64,000 nucleotides of DNA from Vicugna vicugna (lineage: Eukaryota): assembly GCA_013265495.1 (NCBI GenBank), contig MU058065.1, positions 560,001 through 624,000 of the forward strand, read 5' to 3'. The notes under the pieces are model-generated. The model saw nothing but the letters and a program-made list of their open reading frames with translations, had not been told where the DNA came from and did no database searches. A program made the translations under genes and the position numbers. Shown here in pieces: positions 13,765 to 27,730 of the stretch (within the stretch, counting starts at the first letter, position 1; the number at the start of each line of letters is the position of its first letter).

Positions 13765-15464
13765 CTTTGAAATGTGTTGTCAACACACTTGAAATACTTA
13801 AACTTCTTAAAAGGCTCCCTCCCCGTTACTCTTTTGAGTAAAGCCTAAACTTTATAAAATGACTTATAAGGTCCTCTGTGGTGTGGCCCTTGCTTGTCCC
13901 ACTTGTTCCATCTGTCATGATTCTCCAGCTCCTTGGTACGTTCAGATAAAGCCAGATTCATTTTGGCTCCTTTGTACACGCTGTTCCCTGTGCCTGGAAC
14001 CGCCCCTTCTCCTAACAGACTCCTGCTGACATTTGGAGTCCGGGCGGAGCCATCTCATTTCCTCTGGGAATTCCAGCAAAGCACTTCCACAGTGAGGACA
14101 GCACGGTCACCCGTCCACCTGGAGAGCGCGTAGCAACTGAGTCTTTCATTCCGGTCCTAACATCTGGAAGGTCTACACTGACTATGTAGTGATGCATACC
14201 ATGCAGACTCCTTTTGAACATCCTATTTTCAGAAGATGAATTTTATTCTTCCTTAATACGTATACGTAGGAAAGATTAAGAGATTCGGAGGCAAAAGGCT
14301 CTGGCCCTTGGATCCCATGTTTGCTCTGAGCACGATCTGTAATGAGTTACTCAAACTCCTGGACCCGCAGTTTCTTCAATTGTAAACAGGGCCGATAAAA
14401 ATATCCTCTTCATTGGTTTAACTTCAGGAACAAATGGGATCATGTGTATGAAAGCATTTTCTTAAATGATGAAGTGCCACCTGTGTGTCGCTTACTTCAT
14501 TGTCCGCATTTCAGCTGAAGTCCTGCGAGTAACATTTGGTAGGGGCTGGGTCTTCACTTTTCCTGAAGCTCTCTCAGCATCTATTAAGAGCAACAGCAAA
14601 TGGACATACAAACGAAGTGAAAGCCGTGTGCCTGCTATGCAAATACATCGTCATGCGCCCTGAGCTGCTAATTCCAAATATGTTTCAGCTCCTTTTATAA
14701 AGAAATTCTGGAGGCACTGCATCTTAGCATGTAAGATTCTTATAGCTATAAGCATATAGCAATCAAAACCCATCCCAAATGGCTTTTCTTAAAGTTAAAT
14801 TGGCCAGACATATGAGGGAGATTTTTTTTTCAGTAGCCTTATTCTATTATTGGATATCATTGATGTGAAGTTTTGAATGAAGAAAAAAATAAACTCCATA
14901 ATTTGGCATAGAATTAGCACCAATATCAGTAGAATGAAAACCTTGCTTTTTAACAGATTTTTGAAAGGATTATCTATAGAAAAGCTTCCATTTAGGGAAC
15001 AGGGGCATTTGACTAATTAAAACCTGAGATCATTCAAAGGCGCAGCTTCAACGCTGTCTTTTCTTTTAATTGTCAAGCGCTCTCTTTAAATAAGGTGTGT
15101 TGGGCTCATTGATTTGCATGAATTCTTCTCATTTCCATCATCTGAAAGTTGCGTCTTACAATTTTAAATGTTCATGGGCTTTGACAATTCCCATCTGCTG
15201 TGGGGATAGCTGAGTGCCCCAAGCCTAGCTGACAGAACTCAGTTAAATCTGTGTTTTCACTTGATGGCATTTAAATTATTTATAGTGGTTACGTCTCACC
15301 GATTATTAGAGTTTTTTATGACAAAGGGATTTACTGTCACCATTTTCTAGATTATGTATAAATGCAAAGCAAAAGACAAACACTCCTTATTAACATGAAC
15401 TTTCTGATATTGTGACCATAATTAGTTGGACTGTAGTTCCTTCATTAGTTATTTATTTATTCAC

Positions 15465-15646
15465 CTTCATTTTCCACTTCAATTTGGAGAGGATTTGTGG
15501 TGTTGTCATTTCATTAAGAAAAGTGCAAGGGCAATTGTATCAGAAATGTCAAGTGTTCAGAAATTGGTGACCTTGAAACAATCATCCTTGTAACTCCACA
15601 GAGCAAAAATTTAATTATGGCAGGATGACTTTCGACAAGAAAGGAA
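15465..15646 (-). pseudogene. Pseudo-exon (SFLVESHPAIIKFLLCGVTRMIVSRSPI/ frameshift /ISDTIALALFLMK*QHHK...)
   Basis: ctctcccctag acceptor, AAG|gtgaat donor; ESHPAIIKFLLCGVTRMIVSR aligns ungapped with recalled [21 protein letters not shown]. Confidence 0.7.
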
Positions 15647-16057
15647 CTAGGGGAGAGATCAGCCCCGAATGCCACATTGTCGTGATGGCTGACTCCCATG
15701 CCACTCTTCGTGCCTAATTCATGGGCACTTGTGCTCTACCACTTAATGAATATTAATTGGAAACCTAGTGTGTGCTAGTCATTGTCCTTAATACAGGGAA
15801 AAATAAAGAAAACAGAGAAGGTAACTGTCCTCATGGAGCTTACATACTAATGAGACAAGTCAGACAATGAATACAAAAAATTTTTTTAAGCGTTCTGTTG
15901 AAGGAAATGCAGAGAACTGTGGTTGAAGCCAATGGAGATGGGGAGGTTCAGCAAAAAGACATTCTTCTGCACAAATCTCCAGTTATTCTGTTCCTGTGTT
16001 TGTTGTAAAATACTCCTTTAAATTAGAATGTGAGGTTGTGATAGTATATAAACAATG

Positions 16058-16304
16058 CTACAAGTAAATCAATGAAATTAGAATACTCCCTCACACCATA
16101 CACAAAAATAAACTCAAAATGGCTTAAAGACTTAAACATAAGACAAGACACTATAAACCTCTTAGAAGAAAACATAGGCAAAACATTGTCTGACTTAAGT
16201 CTCAGCAATGTTCTCCTAGGGCAAACAAATGGGACCTAATTAAACTGATTAGCTTTTGCACAACAAAGGAAACCATAAGTGAAACAAAAAGACAACCTAT
16301 GGAA
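16058..16304 (+). mobile_element. Isolated internal L1 ORF2 fragment without poly(A)
   Basis: ccatacacaaaaataaactcaaaatggcttaaagacttaaac; homologous to the inverted piece at ~41165-41435, with a short internal deletion near 16222. Confidence 0.85.
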
Positions 16305-17678
16305 TTTATATATATTTTAACATGCCTCAGACCACTGTACCCCTAGAAATTTCACTAAGTGGCAGGTTCCCGAATTTTTCAGGGATTTCGTTCCCTTCCT
16401 TTCTCATGTATGCATCCTACCAAGAAGTCTAGCATAGTCACTGCTTCCTATGGATCTGGTCTTTTCAGCAAAATATCATAGACGTGATGGGTTATCAGTA
16501 TAATGATGCTTTGCAGAATGAAGTTGTCAGAGAAGTCCTTGTAGACTAGATTATGGCATAAGGTTGGAGGTGTAATATGATCCTGCATTGCTGTTCCTGC
16601 CAGAGGAAAGAAAATACATTGTTTCTGATGGTCTTTACTGATGGGTAGAGAGAGAGAAAAGAAGGAGACGAGAGAGAGAGAAAGAGAGAGAGAGAAGCAT
16701 TCGTCAGATACTGGGGATGTGTTGATTTGTTCCAGTAATGACACTACATCTGGACCAACAGCTGCAATTGGATTTCACCACCTGATTAAGTTTACAATAA
16801 TGCACTGTCATTTTCTAAGTCCCATCTGTCTTTGGTGCAGGCCAAAGAGGCAAGTTGAATTGAGGGTGCGGTAGGATCACCACATTGCATCTTTCAAAAA
16901 CTTGTTGATAGAATTTTTTCTCTGAAATCCCTCCAAGAATATGTTATTTGCTTTTGGTTTGTTATTTTGGTAGGTAGAGGCAGTTTTTTACAAATTTTCA
17001 TCTGGACTTTTCCACCACATTTGGGAAGGAGCTGCTCGTGTATTTGGGTCATGCCGCTAAGGAGCTGACGGAGGAGATTTGGTGGGAGCAGGAGCTGATG
17101 CCCTGATTTCTGCCCCATGTTAACTCAGTGAGCTGGCAGGCAAGTGACAACAGTCATGAATTACCCCAGTGCCTGTACTCTATGCTGGCTTCAAAGTATA
17201 AGAAGCATGGCTCTTGCTTTATTTTGCTTTCTGAATGTCATCTCATAATAATGAAGATATATTTCTTCTTTATCTTACAGAAGATTTATTGTGTATTATT
17301 CAAATTTAGATCTACAATCTACATGGAATGGATTTTTATATGTGGTTTAAATAAGCACTGAAAGGCATACTTTTCCCTTATTAATATCCTTTTGATTCAG
17401 CATCATGAGGTTGCTTTGAGGTTCTGTTATCCCTGAGCCACAATTTTGCAAACCAAGGCATAGAGAGTTTCAATAAACAACTAAAGCCAGACAGAGAGTC
17501 AATGATTCAAAGTCAGGAAATTTGATTCAAAAATATATTTCCATAAAGTTAAATCATTAAAAAAGTTGCTGATTATGTTTTCAAAAGTGGTTTAAAAATG
17601 ATGTTCCTATTCCATGAAGCCCCATATAATAAAGGTTATATATTTGCATTTTTCTAGATATGGTACCACTTTGGCATG

Positions 17679-18145
17679 TGTGATGGTTAATTTTATGTGT
17701 CAGTTTGATTGGACCAATGGATGCCCAGATGGCTGAGTATCATTAAATACATAAAACGGTATTTCTAGGTGTGTCTGCAGGGGTGTTTCCAGAAGAGATT
17801 AGCATTTGAATCAAACTGAGAAAGAAGATGTTCCTCACTAATATGGTAGACATCACCCAATGCCTTGAAGGCCTGAATAGATCCAAATGACAGAGAAAGG
17901 GTCGATTTGTTCTCTGGTTTGAGCTGAGACGTTCATCTTCTGCTCTCAGAGTCTACACTCCTGGTTCTTCAACTTTCAAACTGGCAATCACACCACGGGC
18001 TCTCCTTGCAGTGTCCAGCTCGCAGACAGCAAATCATGGGGCTTCTCAGCCTCCAGAAGTGTATGAACTCATTCCTGTTTTATAAATATATGCTCTCTCT
18101 CTGCTCTATTCTATTGGTTCTGTTAATCCAGAGACTCCCAATATA
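17679..18145 (+). mobile_element. MLT2 (ERVL) solo LTR
   Basis: Begins tgtgatggttaattttatgtgtc, ends ctattggttctg...aatata; 5-bp TSD gcatg/gcaag. Confidence 0.9.
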
Positions 18146-18229
18146 GCAAGTTCTCTTTCTTCCGTATAGCGGAAGTGCATTTGGACCACAGCTTACAAAA
18201 CCGGAAATAACCTTTCTCTTTCTTTTTCA

Positions 18230-18730
18230 CTCTCCTTCCACGTGCACACACTTTCATTCTTCTTCAGCCACACTGACCACTTGCTCCTTTTTGAACACGC
18301 AAAGCCAAAGTGTATCGGATCACCACATGTGCCTTCCTTCTGCCTAGAAATTCTCCCTCAGCCTGGCTGTGTCCCTCATGTCCTTCACTTCTCTGCAGAA
18401 GTGCAGTCTTATTAAAAAGGACGCCCCTGACTCATGCCCCCTTCCTATGTACATTATTCTCAAAGACACTGAGAGCCATGCTCCTTCCTTCTCTGTTCGC
18501 TCACAAACAAGTTCCCTTTATTAATTAGTTCTCTTCACTGGTTTCCCACCTCCATTGGTGGGTTATTTTAAATTCTTTCTCTAATTTTTCCAAAATAATG
18601 GAATCTCATTTAAAAGGCAAGGCTTTGCTCTGAATCTTCTTTTTAGAGCCCAGCTAAGTATCTGGCACATTATAGATGATTGCTTTACAAATATTTGTTG
18701 TATGAATGAGCAAATAAATGAATGAGTGAG
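18230..18730 (+). mobile_element. L2 LINE 3' end
   Basis: Pyrimidine-rich L2 body and tail tctggcacatt...aaatatttgttgtatgaatga. Confidence 0.7.
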
Positions 18731-20779
18731 TTTCCAAGTGTCAGAAGTTACCTAATGTCTCAGAAATTCTTGCTAATTATTTTTTCCTGTGAGTCCAACC
18801 CCGAAGAAAGACAGGATTGTTGGTTTCATCATTATCTTCTTTTATAGCAATGACTGCAGAAGGTGTTGATAGATATTTAACACATCTTTGAGATGCATCC
18901 TGACTATGCCCAAGGTAACTTGGAGGTGGAAGCATTCATCATTTGCCATATGATAGGCTTCTGTTGTTTGCTTGTGGTGCAGGGAGTTCATAATGCCCAC
19001 TTTATATGCAATATGCTTGAAAAGTGAAAGATTATTGTTGATATTAAAGTAAGATACACAATATTATATGTAATTTGTTTCCCTCAATGTATGCCCCTTA
19101 GCTATATTCAACCTTGTCCTTCACACCTTGTCCTCTGATAAATGTAAAAGTAGGGTTCTGTATATAAATGGTGCAACTATCTACCAAATTGATTTCTGGG
19201 ACCAAAGAAGTATTGTAATTTATGAGATACACTTGTGATAGTCATGAATGTCAAGCAGAGTAGATGGACTGAGTGGCATGACTTTGATTTTTAATTATAG
19301 GTCAACTCAGCCTAATTCCATAATTAGGACCTAATTCCATGTCACCCTTCACCCTTCCTTCTCTCTTGAAACTGAAAGCTAAAAGTGCAACCTTTGAATG
19401 TCAACTTGAGTTCCACAACTTGATGTGCAACTCTGAGCAAGTGAACTTGACCTCCTGGGCAATCTGTTTTCCTAGCTTGACCCAGAGGATTTCCAATGCC
19501 CTTCCTTAAATCTACAATATGCAATGGTTTTATATAACTAATTAATAAGGGAATCAGTTTGGGGGTTAGAACTTAGGTGAGAAGAAACGTTTTAGTCTCG
19601 AGTCTCATGCACAGCTTTCTGATAAAGAGAAGGGAGGGAGAAAATGAAAAAGAGAGAGTCCTCAGTCAGAAATCTTGAACAAAAAAAAAAATACAACCCC
19701 AGTTTTTAAAACACAACCCCAGTTTATTAGACCTTGCTTACCTGGGAGGACAGATGGAAGTCAGAGTCACAGAGTCTAACAAGTTTTGCTGGAGTGTTCC
19801 TTTAACTGCTGACCCATAATCTCACTATCTTCTGGAACAGCATTCTTCCTCTGCATGAATATGTTGCTAAGAATTTCTAAGGAGTGTGATTAAGAGTGAG
19901 GTAGGGGGTCGGGGCAAGGCTCAAGGAAAGAGGTTTCGGTGATGTCAACAGCAAGAGTAAAGTTTCCATGACCTGATGGAGCATGATGCATTCAAGAGAT
20001 GATGTGGTGAGAGCCGAAAGAATGAGAGAAGGGGAAGGGGTAACATAAGATCAGAAAGTCAGGCAGGGGCAAGAGCGATCAGGGGTCTAGAGAACAGCTG
20101 TTTTAGCTTTCATGTGTGATGGTTATGCTCACCATAAGTCTAGGTGGGGCTGAGGTGGGAGGAAAATTCAAGCACCAAATACCTTGCTGTATTTAGGCTG
20201 GATCCGTCTCCTGCTGCCAAGGGTTTCCTTACTAGTTCAAGCTCCTCCGCAGTGGTTCCTTCTTACCTAAGTGTAGGAGACCTCCCAGAAAGTCCTAGCC
20301 CTTTCATACATTTCTTGAAGATCAGAACTGCAACTCACTAGATACGCCCAGTCATATCAGGACCTCATTGGAGGTACCAGGTGGAAGTGCCTGTGCTAGG
20401 GCCACATCAGAATATAACTTCAAAATAAAAATTTTTGATGCTTTCAGGAATCTAAAAATGTACATGCTAAGTACACCCTGACATCTAATGGGAGGTTTAA
20501 GATGCTTTAAATAAAATTACTGCTTATGTCTTTCATCAAAAAATGGACTTTTAATTAGCTTCTTTGCTATCTGTTTGCTGACCCACTAATTCTAGCTGAT
20601 CGCATGGCTCCTTCCGAGAGAGGAAGCCACACCTCTCTTGAAACAGGTCTCCTTGTTAGTAGAACAGGCTGGTACCACTGGGATTACTTTCAAAATCTGA
20701 CAAAATATAGCAAGACTCTTTCAGAAAGGCTGACAGAGCAAAAGCTGGCCTAACTGGACGCTGATATTTAAAACAAACT

Positions 20780-21450
20780 CAAAAAACTAAAAGCAGACTT
20801 ACTATATGATACAACAATCCCACTCCTGGGTGTATATCCAGAGAAAACTCTAATTTGAAAAGATACATGCACCCCAATGTTCACAGCAGCACTATATACA
20901 GCAGCCAAGACACGGAAGCAACCTAAATATCCATCAACAGATGACTGGATAAAAAAGTTGTGCTATATTTATACAATGGAATACTACTCAGTGATAAAAA
21001 AAGAATAAAATAATTCTTTCCATAACATGGAGGGACCTGGAGATCATCATTCTAAGTGAAGTAAGCCAGAAAGAGAAAGAAAAATACCATACAATAACAC
21101 TCATATGTGGAATCTAAAAAAGAAAAGAAAAACGAGGACACTAATGAACTCATCTACAAAACAGAAACAGACTTGCAGACATAATAAAAAATTTTATGGT
21201 TACTAGGGGAAAGCAGGTGGGAAGGGATAAATTTGGAAGTTCGAGATTTGCAAACATTAACTATTATATATAAAAATAGATAAAAAACAAATTTCTTCTA
21301 TATAGCATAGGGAACTATATTCAGTATCTTGTAATAACCTTTAATGAAAAAGAATATGAAACGAATATATGTCTATATACATGACTGGGACATTATGCTG
21401 TACATCAGAAATTGACACATTGTAACTGACTATACTACAATTAAAAAAAA
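20780..21450 (+). mobile_element. L1 3' end
   Basis: Similar to the 3' part of 10989-11946; ends gactatactacaattaaaaaaaa. Confidence 0.9.
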
Positions 21451-22806
21451 TAACATAGAATCTTCTATACCACCTTACAGGTTCACTGACTTCATGCAAG
21501 CATGTTGAGTGCACACTGCTTTCCCACTAGAGAAGATGATCAAATACATTCTCACATTACATTTATGTGGCGAGGCCAGTTAGTTAAGGACTAACAAAAT
21601 ACTTGTTTCAGCCACAATGATAAAAAACAAATGCCTGCAACTGGAAAACCTCCACTGATGAAACCAATCATATTAGTGGAAGGTACACATTATGCTGCTA
21701 AAGTTGTGCTCCAATGTAAGACATTTATTTGTGTAAATGATGCTTTATTTGGTAACGTTCACAAAGCTTGATGAACAAGTCAAAGGACTAACAAACTGAA
21801 GTACAGTATTATTTTTTGCAAAATATTTTATAAGACTCAAAATATTTTGCAGGTTGACTTTGGGCTTTTGTTTTTAATTTTAAAGGGGAAAAATTCATTT
21901 GCTATTCTTTCCTCCCTTTGGGGCTCGTTAAATGATTTCAGGTCATTTATTGATAAATTCCTATTGGGTTATGTTGCCTTTTTTGTTTCTAAGATTTGAT
22001 TTTATGGTTATTTGAAATGAACTTGTTAACAACTTTATTCTTCTGTGAAAACAGCAAGTTTTAATCACAAAGTTGCATGGAAGCAGGATGCATGGAAGTT
22101 GGTGATATCTGCTTCACCAGTCCCGTTATTTTGTAGGGACACCCGATAAGGACTCTGACTCCTGCTACACACCAGTCTAATAGATTTATCAACTAAGAGA
22201 TGTATGTTAAGTAATTATGTAGGGCTTCTCAGTGCAGATAAATTTGAGATTTAAATTCAGGATTCCCTTCCAGTGCTGATGATAGCATGAAGTATTATAC
22301 ATTGTTTACACAAGTATTAAAATTCCCCACAATTTCTGTGAGCCTGTGAAAGAAAATAGTTTTAAAAATAGCTTTTATCTGTTAATTGTTCTGATTCATT
22401 TGCCCAGAAGGGAAGAGTATATCATATTATATAAGATTAATCAGACTAGTGAAATACATTTTCTTAGAGGTATAGATACAAATTAAAACCCCAAATTCAA
22501 AGAACAAATAACTTTATTTTTGAAGCTATTGACCCTTGGAAAGTTTGTGTCAATAGCGGAGGAACTATGACATCTATAGCATAGTGTGATTCTCAGAAAA
22601 TTTATAATACCCTGAATTTTGAATGTTTTTTTTTAGTAGTCAGGTTTCAAATAACCATTTTGGTTATTATGCTTACTTTGGACCAAATTTTATGTAGCTT
22701 AAGATGGCCAATGGCACATGTACTTTTGGTAAACATAGACATATCAGAGGCAATGTACGTCAGTTCTTTTTTATTGCCACTTCTAAAAATCATAACTATC
22801 ACTTAC

Positions 22807-22865
22807 CTGAAATACCATGTTCTAAAATTCCAAAATTATGTTCAGCAATAGATCTGATTGAAACA
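22807..22865 (-). pseudogene. Pseudo-exon, frame ambiguous (e.g. FQSDLLLNIILEF*NMVFQ)
   Basis: ctctaaacag acceptor, perfect CAG|gtaagt donor; one frame resembles PCNX AIVSHEKNLVI. Confidence 0.5.
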
Positions 22866-23189
22866 CTGTTTAGAGACAGTCTCCATCTCGCTGTCGCATT
22901 CATGCTCTTCTCTGTCCATCTCAGACTCACCTCATGTCCTGCCATCTTGGTTTTTTACATCCTGTTTTTAACTCTAGCTTTTGCTTTGCCTTTTTTTTTC
23001 CAATTTCATATTGTAATTTCCACCAAAACAAAGACTTTTTCCTTAAGTCTCCTCAAATTTACTAGTTTGATCATTATCGTGTTTTTGACACAATAAAAGG
23101 GGAATTTCTGTGAGTGCCACCAAAAAATTTAAAAATTGTCAGAATTGCTCCAGCAGGGAAGGTTTTGCTAACTTGCACCTAAGGCTTCT

Positions 23190-23400
23190 GTCTGCCGGAC
23201 ACTTTATGTATATTGCTTATTTAATCCTCACACTAATTCTCCGCAGGGAGGTTTACCACTGTTATCCTTCCTCTAGAGATGATGAATTTGAGGTACAGAG
23301 ATTAAGTGCAATCATGTGTCCAAGGTTAGATGGAAAGGGAGCAGAAGAAGGAGGTTCTAAACTCAGAACCTCTGAGTCTAGACCCTGTGCTCTTCACCAC
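23190..23400 (-). mobile_element. MIR SINE
   Basis: atttaatcctcacactaa...gatgatgaatttgaggtacagagattaagtg. Confidence 0.7.
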
Positions 23401-23826
23401 TGATCTGTCTACACTCTAGGAATGGAAGCTGATTACTGCCATGCCCTTTGTGAGCAGGTACTGATGCCACCTGAACTTGCCTTGGTTTGAGAAGTTGGAA
23501 AGATACGTCTAGCTTAAGGTTCCCATGATTCTCCTATAAGCATCTCCAAGGATCAGACCCTCTCATTTTCTGTTCTCTGTCTTGGTAGAAGGTGATGACA
23601 ATCAGGTTAGTTTTCTGAAATTTGTGAAGGGAGAGATGAAAAGGTATCAATGTTGACAATGGTTCAAGCTAAGCACAAAGAAGGAGAGCTTTATCAGGAC
23701 AGGGTGATTGATAATGACTTTCCAAATAGTAAAACTCAGAAAAAAAAAAGTGAAGAATCTTGTTATGCTTTTGGCCATAATCTAGAATAATAGTTCTCTG
23801 TTAAAAGTTCATGTACCACCTAAACC

Positions 23827-24039
23827 AGGGTTTCTTAACTTCAACACTGCCCATAATTTAGAATGTATAGTTTTGTTGTTGTTGCAGGAGGCTGTTTTGT
23901 GCCTTGTGGGGTGATAAGCCATGTTCTTGGTCTCCATGCACTAGATGCCAGTAGCACCTCTAGTGTGACAACCAAAAATGTCTCCAGACGTTGCCCAATG
24001 ATCCCTGGAGGCAAAATCATCCCTGGTTGAGAAGGACCA
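23827..24039 (+). mobile_element. MER20 (hAT-Charlie) DNA transposon
   Basis: cactagatgccagtagcacc...gtgacaaccaaaaatgtctccagac...ctggttgagaa. Confidence 0.85.
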
Positions 24040-25189
24040 GGGATGTGTATATACTTATGGTCTAAGTAGGATGAAGGGTTTTCATAACTTTAATATTAAT
24101 ATAATTCATATGTATTTCTATATGTTCAGAAAAATGAGAGTTTTTATTTCCATACAGATTAAAATTGATATTTATCTTTTAATTAATTGATTTTTATAGA
24201 GTGATTTGTTGCATGTTAAATAAGAAAGGTAGGGTTTTTTTTCAGGGCATGGAAAAATGAAGGTTAATGCTAAGAAACTGACTTGTTGAGAAATCAGAAG
24301 CAATTCAATAGGGATATTTGCAATCCAAGCAGAGTGGAAGTGTACTATGTAAAAAACTAGGTAGGGCTTGGAACATGGTGTCAAGAGATAGTGACGATGG
24401 TAACTTTATCAACTTCCTTGATTAGTTTCATGGCAGGTCAGGGGCTGAGAGCCTGTTTAAGATCATCTCATTTTGCAAAGTAACAGGGAGCAGGAAAGTT
24501 AAATTACTGTACTTTGTTTCTAGCGACAAACATAGGAGTAGAAGTTTGACTTCCTGACTCTCGCTGCTACTAAACACTTTCTCTGGGGATTGCATGAAAT
24601 CCAGAAGTTAGCTGTTAGGGACAGACTTCATTTCCCATCCATAGAATCAAGGGCTCTCTTTTCTTTGCTTTCATAATTCATTTTTTTCCTCTTTAATATT
24701 TCCTTTATGAAGCTGTCACCCTATGTTTCTCTTTCATCAGGTTTTTTTTTTTTTTGGTAGAGAAGAGACTATATTTATATCATCTTACTACCTAGCATAG
24801 TCATTCAAGTGTTTGATAAAATACTTTATGAACCTTAAGGACGATGGACTCCCAGCACTGTGGACTGATGCAAAGGCTGCTGCGACAATACCTGTGCTTT
24901 CCCAGTATGGAGAAAACTCTTTTCAGACATTATTCTTTTATTTGATTGATTTTCCTGTTCCCTCTTCAGAATGCTTCCGTGAGAACAGGGCTTTTTTCTC
25001 CCTTGCTCAATCTTGGTTCTCCAGGGTTTCAAACATGGCACTTGGCAAATAGGAGACTCTTAATAAATGCATCCGTTGAGTGATGAAATAAAGGAGTGTA
25101 TTTGCCAGGGTGGACACAGTGGAAATTTTCAAAATGAATTCATGTGCAACACCGTCTCTTGACAACCATTTACCAAACAGGGTAGGTAT

Positions 25190-25480
25190 CGTAATGTTCA
25201 GAAACAGCAGACCCAGGCAGCCAGCCCTGGAGGTGAATTCAGTTCTGATTGTGATTAGTTATGTGACCTCAGTTGAGTTGTTTAGCTCCCCTGAGCCTCA
25301 ACTTTTGTCAAAAGGCCTTAAATTTTTAATACTGTAATCACAATAAGCTAGTAGTTATTTAATACAGGAGTTACATTAGTAGTATTTATCTTTTAGGATT
25401 CTTATGAAAATTAAATGAAAAAATGCAGGTGAATTGATTAGAACAGTGGCTGGCACCTGGTGTGCACTTAATAATTGTGA
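25190..25480 (+). mobile_element. MIR SINE
   Basis: agttatgtgacctc...cctgagcctca...aaattaaatgaaaaaatgca...tggcacctgg. Confidence 0.65.
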
Positions 25481-26927
25481 GCTGGGTGGAAATGATACCT
25501 CTGTCCCACCTGGCCATTTTTCCCATGGAGAAACTTTCACTGGCCAAATTCAAGGTTTTTTGGAAGACTTACTATGCTCAAGTATCAAGATTTATGCCAG
25601 GCAAGCCCTTCATTTTTCCAGCATCCAAATAGTAGTTACCCCTGCTTCCTTCCCTCCCTGCCGTAGAGTCGCGGGAAACGCCCCAAGCCAGGCCAGCCAT
25701 CTTTATCCAGTGACCAGCTGTGCAATCGGACTGAGAGCCTCACCCGCAGGCCAGTTATTCTGGATTCATAGAGAGGGTGAAGGAGACAGCCCTTTGCAAT
25801 CGGCCTGGGTTCCTTGATTCCGTGGTGCTTTCCCGGGACAGGGACTAAGTGTTCAGTAATTACCAGTTAAATGGGACTCCTCTTCCACTGGGCTATTTTT
25901 TCCTTTATATCAGGGAACTCTAGAGAGTACCAAGTGCCATGTACCAAGACCCAATCATTTCAATTATTATTGAAAGAAATATGAGCCTTAGGATCCTACC
26001 CTTTATCTATAGGAAAAAATAAGACACAGATGATAGTGAACAGTAGCTAAGGGATGGGGTTCATGCATAAAGGAGGAAAGCAGAGCAAACTATATTTAAA
26101 TGATGAAAAAACATACTAAAACATGCTGGCTATATTATAATCCGTCTTTTGCTTCCACACATACAGCCATTCAGCTTAGGCCAAATTGTATTAACATCTA
26201 TTTACTTTTGCGTAATGAAGTCGCATACCTACCTGGTTTGCAACTTTAGAGTTGCATATATAGACTTTTTGAGCCATCCTGAATGGATTAATTTGAGAAT
26301 GAGAACACTGGGTACCAGGAGATGGCAAAAGGGAAGGCTAAACTGAATAGCACCCCCTTCAGGGAGAGGAAGAAAAAGGGAGGCAATGCAGCTCAGCCTG
26401 AGGAGAACAGGAGGTGAGGGGTGAAGTCATGACGGATCTGGCAAATGTGATCACAGAGGATGGCTATATTCTGATGAGCACTGGCCATGCTGAACTGAGT
26501 AATGCAAACAATATAAAATTTTTAAAATTACTCATTTGTTTCTCCTCAATTGTGGACATTTCTTTATGCCTCTGGAGCCACTGTGGGAAAGAGGCAAGAG
26601 GCAAGAACTCAGCAATTTTGAGACTTAGACCTCGAATACTTGAAGAGAGAACTTATTCATTCATTCATTCACTCATCCACTTATTTATTCCTTGAATGAA
26701 CGTGTAGTGTGTTCCTTCTATGTCCCAGACAAGGAAATAAAAATGAGATTCACATCCTAGTGTGTCAACACGCTTAATGAAAATCCTGAAGATAAAAATT
26801 TAGAAAGATTCTAGCAATTCAGAGATGGCATATTAAAAATAACTGAGCAGCAGCTGTTACTGTAAATGAAGCATGTAGGAGATACCAATATGCTTTTTTT
26901 TATTATTTTATATAGTAGAAAAAATAC

Positions 26928-27039
26928 CTTGTTTGCCTGTTTACTGGTGTACTGTAAAAAGTTTAGATCTTTAACAATGATTCTTTCTTTAAGATAACGA
27001 TTTTGCAGAGCTGGCGTTCTCAGTTTGGTTGTAACTGCT
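26928..27039 (-). pseudogene. Pseudo-exon with intact frame (AVTTKLRTPALQNRYLKERIIVKDLNFLQYTSKQANK)
   Basis: Pyrimidine-rich gaacag acceptor, AAG|gtattt donor, no stops. Confidence 0.6.
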
Positions 27040-27110
27040 CTGTTCAGTAACAACAGAATGATAAACAGAAATGTAAGACTTTTAGATTAGATTATCTATC
27101 ACCCACTTAT

Positions 27111-27248
27111 AACTGAGTGGCTAGGTGATTAATTTTAGTTCATATTGTTGATTGGCTCTTTATGATAATTGCTTTTTGATTGTTTTATGCAAATTGGAAC
27201 TTGAAAGTTAAAGGTGAGATTTATAACACCAGGAAGATTTTTAAAGCC
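27111..27248 (-). pseudogene. Pseudo-exon (ALKIFLVL*ISPLTFKFQFA*NNQKAIIIKSQSTI*TKINHLATQ)
   Basis: Strong tttttttcag acceptor; 138 nt, phase 2->2; donor ataagt (GT->AT); 71-nt intron to next exon. Confidence 0.55.
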
Positions 27249-27479
27249 CTGAAAAAAATAAAATGTGTGTATAAAGTGAATTTTAATTATATTTTTCTGC
27301 ATAAAAACAAGTTCACATTTCATGATTAAATAAAAACCACTTAGGATTAAGAAATTTCTATTGATGAAATATTCTGAGTTCCTTGGAAAAAGTAAGACAT
27401 AAAATAATAGGGAACTTGGATTCGGGAAAATGTGTTTCGTTTTCTTACTCTAATAATCAAAATCATACATATATTCCAT

Positions 27480-27730
27480 AATTATAATAATGATAATGGT
27501 AGCGTCCATATTGATCATGTAGGGTGTGCCAAGTTGAATGCCAAGCACTTGTCTACAAGTCATTTTACTTAATATTCACCATAGCCTTCTGAGGGAACCA
27601 TCCTTATTCTTCTCATTCTATAGATGAGCTGCTATGGCACCAAGATGTTGAGTCATTTGTCCAAAGTCACACAGCAGATAAAGAGCAGGCGCTGGAGTTT
27701 CCAGATATGTCTTGTTCCTAAACCCACTGG
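27480..27730 (-). mobile_element. MIR SINE
   Basis: cattctatagatgag...catttgtccaaagtcacacagc. Confidence 0.7.
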
